In this document: piece by piece, positions 1 to 9,339 of the stretch
Layout of the letters: each line of letters starts with the position of its first letter
How positions within the stretch are numbered: position 1 is the stretch's first letter
NCBI GenBank assembly: GCA_030645575.1
Contig: JAUSMJ010000005.1
Coordinates: 11,552-75,551, forward strand
Direction of reading: 5' to 3'
Length of the DNA: 64,000 bases
DNA from: Caulobacter sp.
GTDB lineage: Bacteria; Pseudomonadota; Alphaproteobacteria; Caulobacterales; Caulobacteraceae
The notes under the pieces: generated by a model
Database searches by the model: none
Told to the model about the DNA's origin: nothing
What the model saw: only the letters and a program-made list of their open reading frames with translations
Translations under genes and position numbers: made by a program

Positions 1-48
1 GGCGAGCGCGGCGAGGATCGGCGTCAGCATGGTGTGTGTTCCTTCGCG

Positions 49-1847
<1,799 letters not shown>

Positions 1848-1856
1848 GCAGGCATC

Positions 1857-1940
1857 GGGGACTGTTTCCGGCGCAGCCGGTAGCTGTCCCTGCCATCGGG
1901 CTGACAACAGGAACCGCTACGCTTCGCGAAGCAGTCCCTG
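1857..1940. repeat. GGGAC/GTCCC structured intergenic repeat (member of window-wide family)
   Basis: GGGGACTG...GCTGTCCC...GCAGTCCC between the convergent dsbA-like and GNAT genes. Same GGGAC/GTCCC cores as the copies at 10.3, 38.9, 42.1, 57.9 and 63.4 kb. Confidence 0.5.
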
Positions 1941-1945
1941 GCGCC

Positions 1946-2479
1946 TCACGCCAGCCAGATCATCGCCCGCGACGGCACGTCCTCGCCGCGGGCCTTGCAG
2001 GCGCGCAGCCGAACCTGGCCGGTGTAGAGAAAGCCGCCGCGACACAGGACTCGGCCCGACGCCGGATTGTCCGAGAAATGGCCCGCCGCCACGACGCGCT
2101 TTTTCCAGTCGCGACCAGCCCAGGCCATGGCCCCGATCAGGGCTTCGCTGGCGATGCCCCGCCCCCAGAACGGCTTGCCGATCCAGTAGCCGACCTCGAG
2201 CGGCGCTTCGGGACGGGTGCGGAAGCCGAGACCCCCGACCACCCCTTCGTCGTCATGCTCGATGAGGAAGGCCGCGTCGGTTCTCCGGTCGGCCAGGGCG
2301 CATCGGGCGATGAAGTCCTCGGCGTCGGCCCTGCGATAGGGCCAGGGCATGCCCGAGACCATCCGGCCGATATCGAAGTCGTTGCACAGCTCGGCCATGC
2401 GCGGCGCATCGTCCATGCGCGGCGCCCGCAGGCGCAGGCGCCTGGTCTCGATGTCCGGCGTCCTGTCGATCACGCCCAT
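1946..2479 (-). CDS. GNAT family N-acetyltransferase (RimJ/RimL-like)
   Basis: 177-aa product from the internal ATG at 2479 (MGVIDRTPDIETRRLRLRAPRMDD...GYWIGKPFWGRGIASEA...), the typical RimJ/L-type acetyltransferase pattern. The upstream part of the 388-aa ORF is Pro/Arg-rich junk. Confidence 0.85.
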   Translation of the reverse strand: MGVIDRTPDIETRRLRLRAPRMDDAPRMAELCNDFDIGRMVSGMPWPYRRADAEDFIARCALADRRTDAAFLIEHDDEGVVGGLGFRTRPEAPLEVGYWIGKPFWGRGIASEALIGAMAWAGRDWKKRVVAAGHFSDNPASGRVLCRGGFLYTGQVRLRACKARGEDVPSRAMIWLA

Positions 2480-2616
2480 CGGTTGGTCCTCCCGGCCCTT
2501 CCGCGAGGGCCTGAACGTGCAAAAGCGGGGAGCCCGGCGTCCGGACTCCCCGCTTGAGGAATTGCATGTCCGGATCGCCTGTGTCGGGCGATCCGGAGGA
2601 GGGGTCTCCAGATCGC

Positions 2617-2889
<273 letters not shown>

Positions 2890-2921
2890 ATCGCTCTCCT
2901 ACTCTCTGGTGGCGCCGCCGA

Positions 2922-3512
2922 TCAGGCGTCGCCGTCCTTCTTGGCGGCCGGCTTCTTGGCAGCGGCCTTCTTGGCGGGGGCGGCGTCGCCGTCGGCCTTG
3001 GCGACCTTGGGCGCGGCGGCTTTCTTCGGGGCGGCGGCCTTGGCCTCGGCCTTCGGGGCGGCGGCCTTGGCGGCCGGAGCCGCCTTTTCCGTCTTCGGCG
3101 TGGCGCCGCCAAGCGGTTGGAAGGCCAGGCCGCGAGCGCGGGCGTCGAGCTCGCGCTTGGTCGTCAGGCTGACTTCGCCGTCCCACTTGTCGGTCTTGCC
3201 GCCGCCGGCCACCGAGGTGACGCGCAGCACGGTCTCCTGCTGGCGGTGACCCCGGGTGCGGCGATAGCCCTGACGGCGGATCTTCTTGAAGATCTTCACC
3301 TTCTCGCCCTTGCGGGTTTCGATCAGGGTGGCGTTGACGCTCGCGCCGTCCACGAGCGGAGCGCCCACGGTCACCGCGTCGCCGTCGCCGAGCATCAGCA
3401 CGTCGCCGAAGGCGACGTCCGCGCCCGGCTCGCCGGCCAGCTTCTCGACGACGAGCAGATCGCCCGCCTTGACCCGGTACTGCTTGCCGCCGGTCTTGAT
3501 CACCGCGTACAT
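2922..3512 (-). CDS. rplU: 50S ribosomal protein L21 with Ala/Lys/Pro-rich C-terminal extension
   Basis: MYAVIKTGGKQYRVKAGD... is the canonical L21 core (about 100 aa). It is followed by about 90 aa of AKP-rich low-complexity tail. Lies immediately upstream of rpmA, as is usual. Confidence 0.95.
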   Translation of the reverse strand: MYAVIKTGGKQYRVKAGDLLVVEKLAGEPGADVAFGDVLMLGDGDAVTVGAPLVDGASVNATLIETRKGEKVKIFKKIRRQGYRRTRGHRQQETVLRVTSVAGGGKTDKWDGEVSLTTKRELDARARGLAFQPLGGATPKTEKAAPAAKAAAPKAEAKAAAPKKAAAPKVAKADGDAAPAKKAAAKKPAAKKDGDA

Positions 3513-3585
3513 GGTGTGCGCCTTGAAAATCTTGAGTTCGCAAAATAGTTCGCGCCCGCGAGGTGTCCCGCGGGCGAGGGAGCGG

Positions 3586-3614
3586 TCTTATACAGCCGGC
3601 GCTTTCCGAGTCAA
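3586..3614 (-). promoter_or_regulatory. candidate sigma70-type promoter for rplU-rpmA
   Basis: On the minus strand: TTGACT (3614-3609), 16-nt spacer, TATAAG (3592-3587). It is followed by a 5' leader with an 8-bp GC hairpin (3553-3576). Confidence 0.4.
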
Positions 3615-3636
3615 CGCCGCGCCGTCCCCACTGGCG

Positions 3637-3651
3637 TGTTACTTTGTAACA
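3637..3651. promoter_or_regulatory. 15-bp palindrome TGTTAC-TTT-GTAACA, candidate metalloregulator (Zur-like) operator
   Basis: Perfect inverted repeat 17 nt upstream of the membrane-protein/COG0523 gene pair. It is AT-rich in a GC-rich context. Assignment to Zur is inference from the downstream gene content. Confidence 0.35.
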
Positions 3652-3667
3652 GGTTATAGCCCCTCGG

Positions 3668-4315
3668 GTGATCTCGCCCTTCTTCCTCTCCTTCGTGGCG
3701 GCCGGCTTTGGCGTCGCCCTCGTGCATGTGGCCATCCCCACGCACTGGCTGCCGTTCGTGCTGGTCGGCCGGGCGCAGGGCTGGCGCCTGCCCCGGGTGC
3801 TGGGCGCGGCGGCGGTGGCGGCGGCGGGACATATCTTCACGACCTCCGTCGCCGGCCTGCTGATCCTCATGGCCGGCCGGCTCATGGAGCAGTGGATCCA
3901 GGGCGTCCTGCACTATGCCGCGGCCGCGCTGCTGTTCGGCTTCGGTCTCTTCTATCTGGCGCGCGCGCTGCAGCGGCGGGTGGCCCTGGCGGGCGTGACG
4001 GACCAGATTGCCGTGGCGCCGCCTCGCGTGGGCGACCGCGCCGCCTGGTGGGGCGTGGTCGGCGCCCTGGCCCTGTCGCCGGGCGAGGTGCTGCTGTCCT
4101 TCTATCTCACGGGCGACACGCACGGCTGGGCCGGGCTGGCGCTGCTCAGCGCGATGTTTCTCATCGGCACCCTGGCCGGGATGGTCGCCCTGATCAGCCT
4201 GACCTGGGCCGGCATGGCCCATTTCCGCATGGACCGCCTCGCCCGGTACGAATCGGCCATCCTCGGCGCGGTTCTCGTGGTGCTGGGCGTCGCGGTGGTG
4301 GTTTTCAGGGCCTGA
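3668..4315 (+). CDS. polytopic membrane protein, putative metal transporter
   Basis: 215 aa with about 6 hydrophobic spans and His-containing motifs (HVAIPTHW, AAGHIF). GTG start. Separated by 19 nt from the downstream COG0523 GTPase gene. Family not recognised. Confidence 0.6.
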   Translation: MISPFFLSFVAAGFGVALVHVAIPTHWLPFVLVGRAQGWRLPRVLGAAAVAAAGHIFTTSVAGLLILMAGRLMEQWIQGVLHYAAAALLFGFGLFYLARALQRRVALAGVTDQIAVAPPRVGDRAAWWGVVGALALSPGEVLLSFYLTGDTHGWAGLALLSAMFLIGTLAGMVALISLTWAGMAHFRMDRLARYESAILGAVLVVLGVAVVVFRA

Positions 4316-4334
4316 GCCGCCTATCTAGCCGCTC

Positions 4335-5396
4335 ATGACCGACGCTTCCCCCGCCCGCATCCCCGTCACCGTCCTGACCGGCTACCTCGGCGCCGGCAAG
4401 ACCACCCTGCTCAACCGCATCCTCACCGAGGACCACGGCAAGCGCTACGCCGTGATCGTCAACGAGTTCGGCGAGATCGGCATCGACAACGACCTGGTCG
4501 TCGGCGCCGACGAGGAAGTGTTCGAGATGAACAACGGCTGCGTCTGTTGCACCGTGCGCGGCGACCTGATCCGGGTGGTTTCGGGGCTGATGAAGCGGAA
4601 GGGTGGCTTCGACGCGATCATCGTCGAGACCACCGGCCTGGCCGATCCGGGTCCGGTGGCCCAGACCTTCTTCGTCGACGACGACGTGCGCGCCCGCACC
4701 CGGCTCGATTCGGTGACCACCGTGGTCGATGCCAAGCACCTGCCGCTGCGGCTGGCCGACAGTCGCGAGGCGGTCGAGCAGATCGCCTTCGCCGACCAGA
4801 TCCTGCTCAACAAGACCGATTTGGTGACGCCGGCCGAGCTCAAGGCCGTCGAGGCGCAGATCCGCCGCATCAATCCACTGGCCCCAATCCATCACACCCA
4901 GCGCTCGGCCGTGCCGCTGGACGCCATTCTCGGCCGCGGCGGCTTCGACCTGGACCGCATCACCGAGCTGGAGCCGGAGTTCCTCAACCCCGCCCACGGC
5001 GAGGCGGGCCATGTGCATGACGAGGACTGCGACCACGACCATCATCATCACGGTCATGATCACGGCCACGGCCATGCCGCCCACGACCACGTGGCCGAGG
5101 CCGGCATCCGCGGCGTGTCGCTGACCTTCGAAAAGCCGCTGGACGGCATCAAGGTGACCAACTGGCTGAACCAGCTGCTGCAGGACAAGGGCCCCGACAT
5201 CCTGCGCGCCAAGGGCATCCTCGACGTGAAGGGCGAGAGCCGCCGCCTGGTGTTCCAGGCCGTGCACATGATCCTCGAGGGCGACTTCCAGCGCGACTGG
5301 AAGGCCGGCGAGCATCGCTACAGCCGCATGGTGTTCATCGGCCGGGACCTCGACGAGGCGATGCTGAGGGCCGGCTTCGAGGCCTGTGTGGCGTAG
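4335..5396 (+). CDS. COG0523/CobW-family G3E GTPase (putative zinc metallochaperone) with His-rich insert
   Basis: P-loop [12 protein letters not shown], the family's signature GCVCCT motif, and a His/Asp-rich stretch [27 protein letters not shown] before the C-terminal CobW_C-like domain. Confidence 0.9.
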   Translation: MTDASPARIPVTVLTGYLGAGKTTLLNRILTEDHGKRYAVIVNEFGEIGIDNDLVVGADEEVFEMNNGCVCCTVRGDLIRVVSGLMKRKGGFDAIIVETTGLADPGPVAQTFFVDDDVRARTRLDSVTTVVDAKHLPLRLADSREAVEQIAFADQILLNKTDLVTPAELKAVEAQIRRINPLAPIHHTQRSAVPLDAILGRGGFDLDRITELEPEFLNPAHGEAGHVHDEDCDHDHHHHGHDHGHGHAAHDHVAEAGIRGVSLTFEKPLDGIKVTNWLNQLLQDKGPDILRAKGILDVKGESRRLVFQAVHMILEGDFQRDWKAGEHRYSRMVFIGRDLDEAMLRAGFEACVA

Positions 5397-5402
5397 GACG
5401 CT

Positions 5403-5541
5403 CCCTCCCCTTCATGGGGAGGGTGGACGGGCGAAGCCCGGACGGGTGGGGGAGTCTGACGCCACCCGGAACTATCCAGCCCGCCCCTGCACTTCCCCAC
5501 CCTGACCGCTTCGCGGTCGTCCCTCCCCATGAAGGGGAGGG
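5403..5541. repeat. MITE-like element with 21-bp perfect terminal inverted hairpins
   Basis: CCCTCCCCTTCATGGGGAGGG (5403-5423) is the exact reverse complement of CCCTCCCCATGAAGGGGAGGG (5521-5541). The inner arms are also partly complementary. One GAGTC site lies inside. Confidence 0.7.
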
Positions 5542-5552
5542 AGGAGAACGCC

Positions 5553-5798
5553 ATGACCCTCTCCCGTTTCCGCCTCGATCGCCAGCTGACCCTGGCCGTC
5601 ATTGTCACCATCGCCATCCAGGCCGGCGGCGGGCTGATCTGGGCCGGGCGGGCCTCGGCGCGGATCGATGACCTGCAGCGCCGGGTCGAGGGCCAGGGCG
5701 AGACGGCCGAGCGGCTGGCCCGGCTGGAGGAGCAGGTGTCCGCCACGCGGGCCACCGTGGAGCGGCTGGAGCGGCGGCTGGAAACGGGAGAGCTGTGA
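5553..5798 (+). CDS. small membrane-anchored coiled-coil protein (position of the small ORF preceding the GTA protease)
   Basis: 81 aa from the ATG at 5553, preceded by GGAGGAG. One TM (LTLAVIVTIAIQAGGGLIWAG), then a heptad-like Arg/Glu/Leu segment. No family recognised. Confidence 0.5.
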   Translation: MTLSRFRLDRQLTLAVIVTIAIQAGGGLIWAGRASARIDDLQRRVEGQGETAERLARLEEQVSATRATVERLERRLETGEL

Positions 5799-5802
5799 GC
5801 CG

Positions 5803-5870
5803 GGGGACATGCACTTCAGTGCGTGTCCCCAGTCCTGATCAAAGGGACACGCACTGAAGTGCATGTCCCC
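5803..5870. repeat. 27-bp perfect-stem hairpin (14-nt loop)
   Basis: GGGGACATGCACTTCAGTGCGTGTCCC (5803-5829) is the exact reverse complement of 5844-5870. It lies between the small ORF stop (5798) and the protease ATG (5885). Confidence 0.9.
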
Positions 5871-5884
5871 GTGCGGAGCTTGCG

Positions 5885-6370
5885 ATGACTGAAACCGAAA
5901 TCAGCGGCTATGCCTCGCTGTTCTGGACGCGCGATCTCAATGACGACGTCACCGCGGCCGGCGCCTTCGCGGAATCCCTGGCGCGGACCGGCCCCGGCGG
6001 GGTGCGGATGCTGTGCCAGCATGACGGGGATCATCCCGTCGGCGTCTGGGACGAGATCGTCGAGGACGCGCGCGGACTGTTCGTCCGTGGGCGGATCATC
6101 GAGGTGACGCCGCAGGGCCGGCTGTGCGCCGCTCTCGTGAGGGCCGGGGCGATGGACGGGCTGTCGATCGGCTTTCGCGCCTCGAAGGCGCGGCCGGACG
6201 GGACCGGCCGGCTGCGGGTTCTGACCCAGGTCGAGCTGTGGGAGGTGTCGGTGGTGACCTTCCCGATGCTGCCCGGGGCGCGGATCGACCAGGTGATCCC
6301 TCTCCCGGCGGGAGAGGGAGGGGCCCATGCGCAGCATGGGAGGGTGAGGGATTACGCCCTCGCCGGCTAG
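5885..6370 (+). CDS. HK97-family phage prohead protease (GTA g4-like)
   Basis: 161 aa, GYASLFWTRDLNDD...LCQHD...GLSIGF...ELWEVSVVTFP pattern typical of the prohead protease family. The last about 24 codons run into a repeat element. Confidence 0.85.
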   Translation: MTETEISGYASLFWTRDLNDDVTAAGAFAESLARTGPGGVRMLCQHDGDHPVGVWDEIVEDARGLFVRGRIIEVTPQGRLCAALVRAGAMDGLSIGFRASKARPDGTGRLRVLTQVELWEVSVVTFPMLPGARIDQVIPLPAGEGGAHAQHGRVRDYALAG

Positions 6371-6460
6371 CGCCCCTTCGACACCGTAACCCCTCAACCT
6401 CCCATCCTGCTTCGCCAAGGCTCCGCAGGACGGGCCCCTCCTTCTCCCGATGGGAGAAGG
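6298..6460. repeat. MITE-like element with hairpin-containing terminal inverted repeats
   Basis: 6298-6326 (CCCTCTCCCGGCGGGAGAGGGAGGGGCCC) versus the reverse complement of 6432-6460: 25/29 identical, with compensatory changes in the hairpin. Same architecture as 5403-5541. Overlaps the protease 3' end. Confidence 0.65.
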
Positions 6461-6478
6461 TATTCAAATGGAGACATC

Positions 6479-7708
6479 ATGAAAGAGACCAAACACGCGG
6501 CGGCGGATCCCGCCGCGCGGGCCGCCATGCATGAGGTCATGGCCGCCTTCGAGGCGTTCAAGGCCGCCAATGATGAGCGGCTGGGGGCGCTGGAGAGCAA
6601 GCGGTCCGACGCCCTGCTGGAAGAGAAGGTCGCGCGGATCGACGCCTCGCTGCAGGCGGCGCAGGGGCGCATGGACCGGGTCCTGGCCGATCAGCGGCGC
6701 CCGGCGCTGGCCGGCGGCGAGGGTCGCCTGATCGTCCCCGACGAGCGCAAGGCGGCCTGGGACGGCTATCTGAAGACCGGCTCGTCCTCGCTGCTGATGC
6801 TCGAGGCCAAGGGCCTCAGCGAGGGCGTGCCGACGGCCGGCGGCTATGTCGCGCCGCCGGAGACCGAGCGGCTGATCGAGCGCCGCCTGCAGATGTCCTC
6901 GCCCATGCGCGACATCGCCACCGTGCGGACCATCGGCGCGGGCGTGTTCCGCAAGCCGGTCAGCACCGCCGGCATCGAGAGCGGCTGGGTGGCCGAGACC
7001 GACGCGCGGCCGGAGACCGACCCGCCGGTGCTGGCCCTGCTGGAATTCCCGGCGGCCGACCTCTACGCCAGCCCGGCGGCGACCCAGGCCCTGCTCGACG
7101 ACGCCTTCGTCAACCTCGACGAATGGCTGGCCGCCGAGTGCGAGGACGCCTTCGCCGACCAGGAGACCGAGGCCTTCGTGGGCGGCAACGGGATCAACAA
7201 GCCCAAGGGGTTCCTGAGCTACGCCAATGTCGCCGACGCCGGTCACGCCTGGGGCGACATCGGCTATGTCGCGTCCGGCGCGGTCGGCGACTTCGACGCG
7301 ATCGACCCGGTCGACCGGATCATCGACCTGATCTACGCGCCCAAGGCCCAGTACCGGGCGCAGGGACGGTTCGTGCTGAACCGGCGCACGGCGGCGAAGA
7401 TCCGCAAGTTCAAGGACGCCGACGGCAACTACATCTGGTCGCCGGCCACGGCGCCGGGCGCGCCCGCGACGCTGCTGGGCTATCCGGTCACCGAGATCGA
7501 GACCATGCCGGACGTGGCGGCCGACAGCTTCGCCCTGGCCTTCGGCGACTTCGCCAAGGGCTATCTGATCGTCGATCGGGCCGGGATGCGGGTGCTGCGC
7601 GACCCCTATTCGGCCAAGCCCTATGTGTTGTTCTACACGACCAAGCGCGTCGGCGGCGGGGTGCAGAACTTCGACGCGATCAAGCTGATGAAGTTCGCGG
7701 CCGGCTAG
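6479..7708 (+). CDS. HK97-family major capsid protein (GTA g5-like)
   Basis: 409 aa. N-terminal coiled-coil delta-like region, then a capsid core (GGYVAPPE..., FVLNRRTAAKIRKFKDADGNYIW..., GYPV.E...MPD) characteristic of HK97-fold capsids in GTA clusters. Confidence 0.92.
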   Translation: MKETKHAAADPAARAAMHEVMAAFEAFKAANDERLGALESKRSDALLEEKVARIDASLQAAQGRMDRVLADQRRPALAGGEGRLIVPDERKAAWDGYLKTGSSSLLMLEAKGLSEGVPTAGGYVAPPETERLIERRLQMSSPMRDIATVRTIGAGVFRKPVSTAGIESGWVAETDARPETDPPVLALLEFPAADLYASPAATQALLDDAFVNLDEWLAAECEDAFADQETEAFVGGNGINKPKGFLSYANVADAGHAWGDIGYVASGAVGDFDAIDPVDRIIDLIYAPKAQYRAQGRFVLNRRTAAKIRKFKDADGNYIWSPATAPGAPATLLGYPVTEIETMPDVAADSFALAFGDFAKGYLIVDRAGMRVLRDPYSAKPYVLFYTTKRVGGGVQNFDAIKLMKFAAG

Positions 7709-7803
7709 GAAGAAGGGGCTAGGAGCTAGGGACTAGGGGCCAGAATGGCCAGGCGCGGAAACGCCGGCTAACTAGCCCCTAGGCCCTAAACCCTAGTCCC
7801 TTG
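7709..7803. repeat. CTAG-rich crossing inverted repeats downstream of the capsid gene
   Basis: Seven CTAG tetramers in 95 nt, plus an eighth in the capsid stop codon at 7705-7708. AGGGGCTAG (7714-7722) pairs with CTAGCCCCT (7772-7780). AGGGACTAGGG (7728-7738) pairs with CCCTAGTCCCT (7791-7801), in crossing order. Confidence 0.7.
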
Positions 7804-7836
7804 TCGCCGCGCTGCGGCTTTCAAGGACATCCCCCC

Positions 7837-8103
7837 ATGCCTCCCATCACCCTCGCCGAGGCCAAGGCGTTCCTGCGCGTCACCGACGATGCGGAGGACA
7901 GTCTGGTCCAGCTGCTGATCGACGCCGCCGTGGCGCGGGTCGAGACAGCCGCCGGCCTGATCCTGACCGACATGTCGCCGGCCCCCCTGCGGCTGGCGCT
8001 GCTGATGCTGATCGCCCACGGCTTCGAGCATCGCGAGACGGCCGAGGCGCCGCTGGCGCTCGTCGAGCCCTGGCTGGCGCCGTTCCGGACGGTGCGGCTG
8101 TGA
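7837..8103 (+). CDS. phage gp6-like head-tail connector protein (GTA g6-like)
   Basis: 88 aa from the ATG at 7837. ITLAEAKAFLRVTDDAEDSLVQLLIDAAVARVE is the typical N-terminus of this family. Confidence 0.8.
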   Translation: MPPITLAEAKAFLRVTDDAEDSLVQLLIDAAVARVETAAGLILTDMSPAPLRLALLMLIAHGFEHRETAEAPLALVEPWLAPFRTVRL

Positions 8104-8423
8104 CCATCGCCACCCTCCGAACCCTGGCCCTTCTCGAAGGCGTCTCGGAGGCCGAGACCGTGTTCGGCGGCCGCACGAAATCCTGGGTCCAGATCGCCGC
8201 CCTGTGGGTCGATCTGAGGCCGCTCGGCCATCGCGAGGCCGGCGACGGCGCGACCCGGCCCGGACTGGTCGAGCGCGCCGAGGCCGAGGCCCGGACCCAC
8301 GCCGCCGCCGCGCGCGGCCAGCGCCTGAAGGTGGGCGGCGAGCCCTGGCGTGTGGTCGCCGTGACGCCAGCCCGGCCGAAGCCCGGCCGCATGCTCCTCA
8401 GCCTCGAAAGGATCTGGCCATGA
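8100..8423 (+). CDS. phage head-tail adaptor / head closure protein (GTA g7-like)
   Basis: 107 aa. GTG start overlaps the g6 stop (GTGA). Position and size match GTA g7. Confidence 0.7.
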   Translation: MTIATLRTLALLEGVSEAETVFGGRTKSWVQIAALWVDLRPLGHREAGDGATRPGLVERAEAEARTHAAAARGQRLKVGGEPWRVVAVTPARPKPGRMLLSLERIWP

Positions 8424-8827
8424 GCCCGGACCTGGCCCTGCACAGGGCGATCTTCGACCATCTGCGGGCGGACGCGGACCTGGCCGCCCTGCTGGGCGAT
8501 CCGCCGCGCGTTCATGACGAGACCCCGGCCCAGCCGGTCTGGCCGCTGGTGGTGTTCGGCCGCGCCGAGACTCGGCCGTGGGGCGGGCTGGACGGGGAGG
8601 GGCTGGAACACGCCCTGACCCTGACCGCCCTGTCGCGGTTCGACGGCGCCGAGGAGGCCAGGGCCATCGTGGCCGCCCTTCGCGCGCGGCTGCACAACGC
8701 CGACCTGGCCCTGGACGGCTGGCGGCTGGTCAATCTGCGGGTGACCTATGGCGACGTGTTCCGCGCGGCCGATGGCCGCGACTTCCGGGGCGTGATCCGC
8801 GTGCGGGCGGTGACCGAGCCGATCTAG
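8420..8827 (+). CDS. DUF3168-type tail terminator/completion protein (GTA g8-like)
   Basis: 135 aa, ATGA overlap with g7. LHRAIFDHLRADADLAALLG...V.D..P....WP.VVFG pattern typical of DUF3168. Confidence 0.75.
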   Translation: MSPDLALHRAIFDHLRADADLAALLGDPPRVHDETPAQPVWPLVVFGRAETRPWGGLDGEGLEHALTLTALSRFDGAEEARAIVAALRARLHNADLALDGWRLVNLRVTYGDVFRAADGRDFRGVIRVRAVTEPI

Positions 8828-9309
8828 GCCACGAAGCCGATGTCGCGGTAGAGGAAGAACAGCGAGCGGTCGCCGTCCATGGGGCGGTAGACGCCCATGG
8901 CCCCGGTCAGGCGCGCGGCGATGGCCGCCAGGCCCCAGCCCAGGTCGGTCGGATTGTCCGTCTTGAGCCGCGGCGCGGTGAGGGCCTCGATCCCGTGAGC
9001 CTCGCCCCAGGCCCTGACCTTTCGCGCGTCCTCCAGCGCCGCCGCCGGCCACCAGTCGCCGGCCCAGGCCCAGACAAAGTCCTTGTCGGTCGCCCCGACC
9101 AGCTGGATCTCGGCCCGCACGCGCGGCCGGCCCTTGTGCGAGAAGACCAGTTCACGGCCGGCGATATCGTAGTCGAACCGCTCCCAGGCCATGATGCCGT
9201 AGGTCGCGTTCGCCGCCTCGTTGAGGTCGGTCAGGTCGCGGGTCGCCTCGCGCATGAAGGCCGCGAAGTCCGCCTTCGCCAGCGCCGCCTGATCGTCCGC
9301 CACTTCCAT
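8824..9309 (-). CDS. orphan hypothetical protein inserted antisense in the GTA cluster
   Basis: 161 aa (MEVADDQAALAKADFAAFMREATRDL...WAWAGDWWPAAALEDARKV...). Good coding-like composition, with a purine-rich SD upstream. Its stop overlaps the g8 stop (CTAG). No family recognised. Confidence 0.6.
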   Translation of the reverse strand: MEVADDQAALAKADFAAFMREATRDLTDLNEAANATYGIMAWERFDYDIAGRELVFSHKGRPRVRAEIQLVGATDKDFVWAWAGDWWPAAALEDARKVRAWGEAHGIEALTAPRLKTDNPTDLGWGLAAIAARLTGAMGVYRPMDGDRSLFFLYRDIGFVA

Positions 9310-9339
9310 CCTGTTCCCCCTGACCTGTCGGAGCCCACA

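Noticed and set aside
1-30. Minus-strand ATG at 30-28 (MLTPILAALA...) suggesting the start of another gene downstream of obg, running out of the window.
   Set aside because: Only 10 codons are visible, too little to support a call.
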